A DNA stretch of 51,836 nt, taken from positions 1 through 51,836 of the forward strand of contig JARQWU010000042.1 in NCBI GenBank assembly GCA_040182905.1. The letters are read 5' to 3'. The notes under the pieces are model-generated. The model saw only the letters and a program-made list of their open reading frames with translations. It was not told the origin of the DNA and did no database searches. Of this stretch, positions 15,401 to 24,400 are shown piece by piece (the first letter of the stretch is position 1; each line of letters starts with the position of its first letter). Source of the DNA: Barthelona sp. PAP020 (lineage: Eukaryota). A program made the position numbers and the translations under genes.

Positions 15401-18400
15401 TTTTGATTGTAACATTGCCATAAAAAAGAAGTTGTATATTACTTCTGGAAGTTCTTCCACCCAAATTACTTTTGCCATCACTCAACCATGCAGTACGCCC
15501 AAAATACTGACCGCCACCACATAATGGTTTAGGTATTAATTTTGCCAGATTTTTGGAACAACCTTCACCCAAAGGACAACCTAATTTGAAACTGCCATAA
15601 TAATCAATTACACGACCATCAAACCATTCTTCTCTAGCTTTAAAATTACTGTTCACTATTTCAACACCACCAAAGAAGCTAATACGATTTTCACCTTCAC
15701 AACCACTGAATTGAACATCAGAATGAATGTAAGTTTTACCATAAATCTCTAATTTAGCAGCAATAGCATCCATGTCACAAGTTGGATTGGTCAAAAAATT
15801 GCAAGCTTGAAGACTATTATATCCCATCATATGCTCATGAGTACTATATATATATGCATCACCAAGAACAACTGTTTTACCTGGTCCAATGAAACCTCCA
15901 TGAATCCAAACAAGTTTATTCACATAAAAGGTATCTCCACCCAATCTCCATCCACCTTCAAGCCTTAGTTCATTCATATAAATATCTTGTCCTGTAGTTA
16001 ACAACACATAACCACCAGTAATTGTCAAAGCATTAAAAGATTTCATTTCTTCCACACTACGTATCATATTTATTCCACCAGTAACAATCATTTCTTCCAA
16101 CTTCAATTCTTCCAATTCTCCCAATAAAACTTGTCCATCATTTGCAGTCACAATCTTATCGATCTCCCATGGACCTCCTTCCAGAGTAGTACATAATTCA
16201 ACACTAACTAATCCATGTGACACATAAATTTCATTAATATCAAGTTTAGCAGGTTCTGTAAAATATATAGCATCATATGACGGATGTGTAAAAATTGGAT
16301 TGATGTCGTAATATCCTCTAAAATAGATAATATAGTCTGTTTGACTGTTACAACTAAAATTGTCATCACCCAACAAACTACCACCACTTCCTAACAGTTT
16401 TGAAGTCTCAGAAAAAGTGGAAAACCTATCATGAAATGTGAAAGACCGTCCAGCAATACAAATAAACTTTAAATCAGCTTCTTCACCAAAATTGATTGTT
16501 CCTTCAATTTCAGAAGCACCAATAATAAATGTGTGTCCATCAGTGATATTTGTGATTGAATTTTCATGCAAATAAATGCTACATGTGAAATCAACATCAT
16601 GATTGATGTTTAAAGAACCATAACTTTCAAAAATACCAGAACCACTAACAGCAACATGATAATCCAAAGAACTTACAGCAGTATCACTTATCAATTTTCC
16701 ATTAAGGTGAAGATCAGTTTTATCTCCAAAATCTAATAACTGATGAGCTTGAATAATAACATTAGTATGAATTTCACCAGAAGCATCTTCTAAAATAGAA
16801 ACATAATCAGAAGAATATTGTCCATTTATCAAATTTGCATCTTTGATTTCAATTGTACCACATTTAATGTGATCATAGCCTTCAGATGTTCCCAAAAGGA
16901 ATTGACAAGTGGGTGAAGTAACAAGTAACTCTGTATTGAATTGAATATAACTATATTCATGATTTAATCTGATAATAGGGTTAGAGAAGCTCTCAAACCA
17001 ACCATTATTATTAATAAAGGAGAGTTTTCCACCTTCATCTAAAGTCAATGGAGGTAAGATTAATGAAGAAAATATAATGTCTATAAAATGCAAATGACAT
17101 CTATCCTTAATAATCCAAGAATCAAACGTTATATTATTGTGAATAGTATCATAGTAAATGTTTCCTGAACCAGTACAAGTCAAATCAAAAGTGAAAAATT
17201 CTTTCATAGTTGCAGGTGTAGTGCCAATGAAATCCGGATCATATTCTGTTAAATTAGCAAAAAATGGTCGAACATTGTTGATCACTTCAATAAAATTAAT
17301 GTATCCATTTGATATTGTTACTTTATCCAATTGCATTTCAGAATTAGCATAAAATATCCAACCGCCAGCTGACATTTGCAATACTTTAGGATATAATTGT
17401 CCATACATCCGCATATTATTACTGTTAATACAATTTAATGTAACACTAGGTGGTCCAATAAAACCAGTTGATTCAGTTGTAAAACTACCACTGTCAAAAG
17501 TCATAACAGAAGAGGGTGCACCCCATATTGAATGATAATTGGTGCCACCTCCTCTACCAAATAACATATTATTTTCAACAATAGTAACGTTGTCATAATT
17601 GTTAATTTTCCAATGTGAATAACCACCTTTTTCAAATATCAATAATCCATGATTCTCAATTTTGGTACAATCATTGCAATCAAATTGAACAGAATTATGA
17701 ATTGTATAATTCATACCATTAAAAATATTCCACGTACCAAAAACACCAGTAATAATAAAATCGCCAGTCAATTCATAACCTTGATAACCATTGAAGGTGG
17801 CACCTCGATAAATTTTGTTCAAAGTGCCTTCCACATGAACACGACAGTCAATGTTGAAAACAGCATAATTTATCTCTCCGCCAGTCCATAAAAACTTTTC
17901 GAGAATACTTATCGTTCCACCACTACCACCAAAAACACCATTATAAACTTCAACAAGATAAAATTCGGCTTTTGAGTTTTCAAAATAAAGGGCTCCAGAA
18001 TAGACAAATAAATTAGTCACTTGAATTAAATCAATACAATATTGAAAATGAATATGGCCCAATGCAATATTTAATGTTGAAGGTAAATTTACGGAAGTGA
18101 TGCGGACAAAATACAGAGAGGCATAATTGGGAGCATTTATATAATCCAAATATATGGTATTAACAGTGTCAAAATACAATTGACAACTACTAGAATATGA
18201 TATTTTTGGGGCATAAGTTGTTGTGAAATTAACAAATCTGATGAATCCTTTTCTAGCGATTATTTCAGTTACATTTAATACAGTGCCAGATTGAAATAAT
18301 ACAGTTGCATGTGAATAAGCACTTTCTACCATTTCACTCTTTAAAATGGTCAAAGAACCCATATCATACATTGATGAAGTACCAGCATTGATGATAAGAT

Positions 18401-21400
18401 CATCAATAATGATATCATTGTAAGAATAATAAATGAGAGTTTGAGTACAACGGAAATTAATCTTTTTAAAATGTATATCATTGATAATATGTAGATTCTG
18501 ATTTCCATTATCAGTACAAATCATCGTCAAGCCTTCTTCATAATATCCTAACACAAATTTTTCTGAAACAATTTGACCTTCACTAAACTCCCATTTTCTA
18601 ACTTTTATTTCTGCATGACTTTGGATAGTGATTTTAGCGGGTAAATCCCAATGAAAATAATCACTGATATAATATTTTCCATTGAAATAGACCTGAATAT
18701 TGGTAGAATCAATTGAAAATCTTCCATAATCGGTATTTGTGGAATTATCTGTTTGGGTTAAGATTGATCCATACCAAAAACGAATAAAAACTTCATAATC
18801 CACACCATATAATTGATTTTGAGAACAATCTTCATCTAAATATATGGATCCCTTGTCAAGGTACAATGAACCATAAATGTTGAGATGAGTACACTTTAAG
18901 CTAACCGTATTTTCAGTTTTCTTGTACCATTTACCTGTATTAGCAACAGTAATATGAGATTCAATTAATATTTCACCATAAGTATAAAAATTACCTTTAA
19001 CTGTTATCAAAGAAGGAAGATACTCACCAGATTTTATGCGATAATGATAGATTTTAGCATTTGAAAAATGAAAATCACCTTCTTCAATATTAATTGCACT
19101 GAATTGATTTAAACCAATATCTGCACCAATTAATTCATTATATACACCGAAATTAATGTTTGAATGAACAGAACCAATGATCAAACAATTTGTAAAAGTT
19201 GAATTACTGATAATAACATTGGATGAAGTAACGATCAAAAAACCATCAAAAGTACCATTAGAAATAAATGATTTGACATTATCAATAAATTGTACATCTG
19301 GTTCAATTAAATGAGAATAACCTGAACTGATAATATTTTTAATCAAAGCACCATTCACATTGTATTTCAAAGAACCACTGGATAAAATGACTTTTTCCAA
19401 CATAATATGATTGGAATTGAAAATAATTTGCCCAAAAGTATTTGACACTTCAGTAAAAGTACTATTTTCCTCTATAGAATTTTCAAAATATACTGTTGAT
19501 CTTGTAGAATAAATATAAGTATTAGTTGACGAAGAATTCAATATTTTTGATTCAATATACAGATTAGATTGATCAACAGATACGTTAAAAGTTGGTAAAT
19601 CACCTTTGATAAAGACATGAGAATACTTTTGACATTTAAAAATGGAATCATTAGAGACAGTAAAATTTTCTTTAAATTCAACAAAAGACCAAGAAACATC
19701 AATCAAAGATTCATTAGTAATTAATGTGTTATTGCTATCTAAATAAATATATCCACTTATGGTAGCATTTGTAAAAATCAATTCATTTTTGGACATCAAC
19801 TTCATTGTGAATTCACAAGTTTCAGTGATAATACCTTGGTTATTAATGATAATTTGTGGCCAAATGTCTTCATAATTATATATATATTCAATTGAAGGTA
19901 ATCTCAAATGTAAATAATTGAAAAATAACTTAACATTATGTAAATACAAATCATTTGTTTCTAATATAGTCAATTCATTCATTCTCAAGATTGAATCAAA
20001 CATCTTTAATTCTTCTATGAATAAATGAGTGTAATCATCAACAAGGAAACAATTGTCTTTGCTTATATTCAAATTATTGATAAAAATTTTATTTGAACCT
20101 CCAATTGCACCTCCATTCCACAAGTAATTATGTATAATACTTGTATCAAATGAATGTTCCCCAATTATAAGTTTACTACCAGTTTGAATCAAATTTTCAA
20201 TAAATAAATAATCATTCACACAGAAATATGAATCCCAAAATGGTAAAATATTACCATCTAAAGTGAAATTAACAATATTAATGGGCTTTGTTTCAATTGT
20301 ATTGAAAGAAACATTAGAATGCAAATTAACAATATTATTAATGGTAGTATTGATATTAAGAATTGTTAAAGTGGTAAATTGAGCAGTGATCTCATGAATA
20401 AAAAGTGGTTGAATATCAGTTAAAGAAATAGAGGAATTTACAAGATAAATATGTGTATTAACAATTATTTCAAACATATTATCATCATTTATTGTTACAA
20501 ATGAATTGTATAAAGTAAATTCATTCAGAATCAAAGTGTCTAATTTAAAATCAAAATTAATGGTTGTATCTTCAGCATATATTCTTAAAAAACTATCAGA
20601 ATGTTGATATTTTGCTATGGTAATGTTCGAATTATAACTTTCAATACGATTTGAAGGAATAGTTGCAGTTTTTTCAATAATTAAATCAGAATCAATAATA
20701 GTTAAAGAAGGAAAGTCAAAATCATTACTAATATAACCTTTAATTATACAAGAACTATTTTCAAATCTAAATTTTGAAGTAGTTTTTAAATATATTGGTC
20801 CAACAATAATCAAATTTGAAATCAATCTAACATCAGAAGCAAAACTTAAAGTTGCATTCTCTTTTGCATGAAATTCTTTTAAAACACCTGCAGCAACACC
20901 AAAATCAATTGGATCAATCAAAGAAATATTTTTGGCAAATAAAGAAGTTCTCAAATTAACATCATAGTAGGTCTGAGTTTTGTATTCAAAAGGCACATTG
21001 AAATGTAAATTATTGAGAATAAAATCTAATTCAAGCAACAGGTTAGTATTTGCAACAATTTTGCTGTAGGTATCTGTAATATCTATTTGATTAATTATAG
21101 TGTCTGTCATTGCAACTAAATCTCCAAATATAATGGTATTATAATAATTAATAGTAGAATTCATAAAAAATGCGTACTTTGAAGAATAAAGAATAGTATT
21201 GTTCAAATGTAACTCTCCAAAAAATTGCATACTTTCACTAACATTTAAAGTTACACCATCTATGATACTAAAGTGCTCAAAAGATGCATACTTAATGATA
21301 ATATTATCTGTACCATTTAATGTGGTGTTATAAATAATTAAGGTTTCAATAGTGATGGGTAAAGTACTTTCAAATGTTAAAATAGCATTTGTTACATTGA

Positions 21401-24400
21401 ACTTTTTAAAACTTAAAGGTTTTTGCATTTTACCAAATTTAAACACACCTCCCGTTATAGTAATACTATTGAATTCAACAGTATCAACCAAATCAACAAA
21501 GTTAATATTTCCATTGAAAAGTTCAATGGTGTCAATAAACAATGGTAATTGCAATTTCACAAAAGTTAATGTTCCACCATTTATCAAAACACGGTCTAAA
21601 CTCCATTTTTCATAATTATTAACTAAAACATGTGAAGGTACTGAACTAAAAACGACTTTACCACCATCAACCGTAATGGTCGCAAAATATGCATCAAAAC
21701 CAGGAACAAATTCCATAATTCCACCAACAGATAAGAAATCATGAGTAGTATTAAAATTACCTCCAAAACGTATCCAACCATCAGTTAATGCACTTAAATA
21801 TGAATCATCAGTTAGAGCACTTGAGGTTAACTTTGAATTAAACCCAAAAATAGATGCTCCAGTTAATAAAACTCTTACAAAATCAGTTTCAGTTCCTGGA
21901 ATATCAAATTCATCCAATACTACCAAACCTCCCCCCATTTTAGCATCAACAGGAGGTTGTAATACAATTTTTCCAGAACTCACATTGAATTGTACCAAAG
22001 GAGAACCTGAATCAAAATGTAAAGTCTTGTCAGTGTGTAAAATTGGCCAAGAATCAACACCATCAGGTAAAACAATTGGAGCAAATAAAGTTGTATCATA
22101 CAAATAGGATTGATCAAAAGAAGGAACCTCAGAAGATTCAAAAATAAAAGAGGAAGAACCCCTCAAATATATGTCTTCATCACATGAAATGATTGCTCTG
22201 TTTGACCCATAAAAAATAACATCATCAAAGATCAAAGATTGAGACACAAATAAAGTAGAATTAAATTTGATGTATTTATCAAAATTTTGGATTAATTGAA
22301 TATCAACATCTTCCAATATGTAAAATTGGGAATTATATAAACCACCTTGATACCAAACCAACTTTGAATGTATATAAACACTCTGTGAGTTATAAATAAA
22401 CCCGTTTTTAAAGGAAAAATTGGTAATATTCGTCTTTTTTGCTGGTTTTAATATAAGATTACCATCATTTAAAACAATATTTTCAAGAATTAAAAATGTG
22501 TCATTGTAAATATCAACATTTCCAGCAAAAATTGTCAAATTTTTAATGAATAAATCTTTAAATATAACATTATCAAAGGTTACATTGTTATTGGTGATTT
22601 CAATTTCATTAAAACTGACTAATGTATGATCAAACCAAAGATTGGATAAATAATGTGAAAAAATTGAATGTTCTGAATAATATTCTTGAGTAATGATAAA
22701 TTTACCTGAGGTGTTTGAACTGAATGGACTAATTTCATCAAAATTTTTGACAATTTCAAATTTAACCTCATTATCTTTAATTAAGAAAATATTTGATGAA
22801 TCAGTAATAATTTGATGAATATTCAGATCAATTGAAATAGATAAATCTGTTTCTATTAAATATATCGTATTAAAAATACCATCAATTGCTAACAGACTCA
22901 AACTTTCCTTAAATTCAGTATAATTGGAAGAAAAATATTCTTCACAATTCTTTGGATACTCATAATCTTCATTTAATGTCAAAGTATCATTACAAAATAG
23001 ATTTGTTGCTTTAATTTCACTAATTTCTTTAATAATTGAACTATTTACATTTAAATTACTCATGTTTAGATTTAAAGTTGCATTCTTTAAAGTCAAATTG
23101 TAAATATTTAAATTAATATGACTAAAATTGCAATTATTTTCAATTTGAACAATATCAAAACTGTTATAAACTCTATGACTTCTAAATTCATCAAATTCAT
23201 CATAAATATGAATCATTTTTGAATTATTTACATATAATTCTTTAAAACTTAATTGATAAGTTAATTCACTTGTTGTAACATCAGTTTCATTGAACATATT
23301 AAAGATACAGTTGTTAATACTTATAAACTTTCCATTTAAATTTTGATATGCATATAATTTAACATCATTCAAAATCAAATATTCAATAGTCGATTCAAAA
23401 TCAAATAACCCATCAAAATCACTGTCATATATGTATATTTCACTTCTATTAATGTACCCATTGATTTCTAAACTCTTTTGTGCATATAATTTGATTTCAT
23501 TGTTCGTAATATTTTCATTAAAAGAAATATTAAGCAATTGACCTCTGAATTCCATGACATTATTTGAACATTCCACTAAAGTTAAATAAATACCTTTGGA
23601 AGTATTCATAAACAACTCAGAATTATTCATTGACAAATAAAAATGTTCATTAAACTCAACATTTTCATTTTTATCAACCGTATTGAATACTACATTATTT
23701 GAAAATTTCATTTCTCCTCTAAAATTGGATTTTCCTGAAAAAATAACCGTAATATCTTGATAAAACTCAATGACACCATTTCCTTCCAATATACAATCTT
23801 CTGTAAACACAAAATCTTGTTGAATTTCTAAATATCCATTGATAATCCAAGTTCCTTGACAAGAAACTTCAGATTTAGAAATATAAAAATATGAATCATC
23901 TGAAACAATTATACTGCCTTCTGCTATCAATTGACTGGCACTAGTATAATAAAATTTTCCATTAATTGTGAAACTTCCCGAGATTTGAAAGGATGATACT
24001 GAAAAAACGTCATGCATCAAAGTAAGAGTGGGAATACAATATGCTTTACGTGCTCCAATACCAGCGCATCGTTCACTATTGGCGGAAAGTACATATTTTT
24101 CATCAACAACACCATACGTATCGTTAATATAAGTGGGTGGTTCTACAGGATTAGTAAAAGGATAGATATACTCATCAATGAATAAAGAGATTATTTCTGG
24201 ATTATTTTCATATTTCAAAGTTTTATTGACATAACAATCAAAAACTCTTGTTTGACCTATTATATTAACCCACACATAATTCATTTGCCAAACACTGTTG
24301 AAAACATAATTATTTACTGATGGTAAACAACAAGATTTCAAATTGGCATTCCTACTCATATTGTAAACATAACCATATTCAACATAATATTTCAAAAAAA

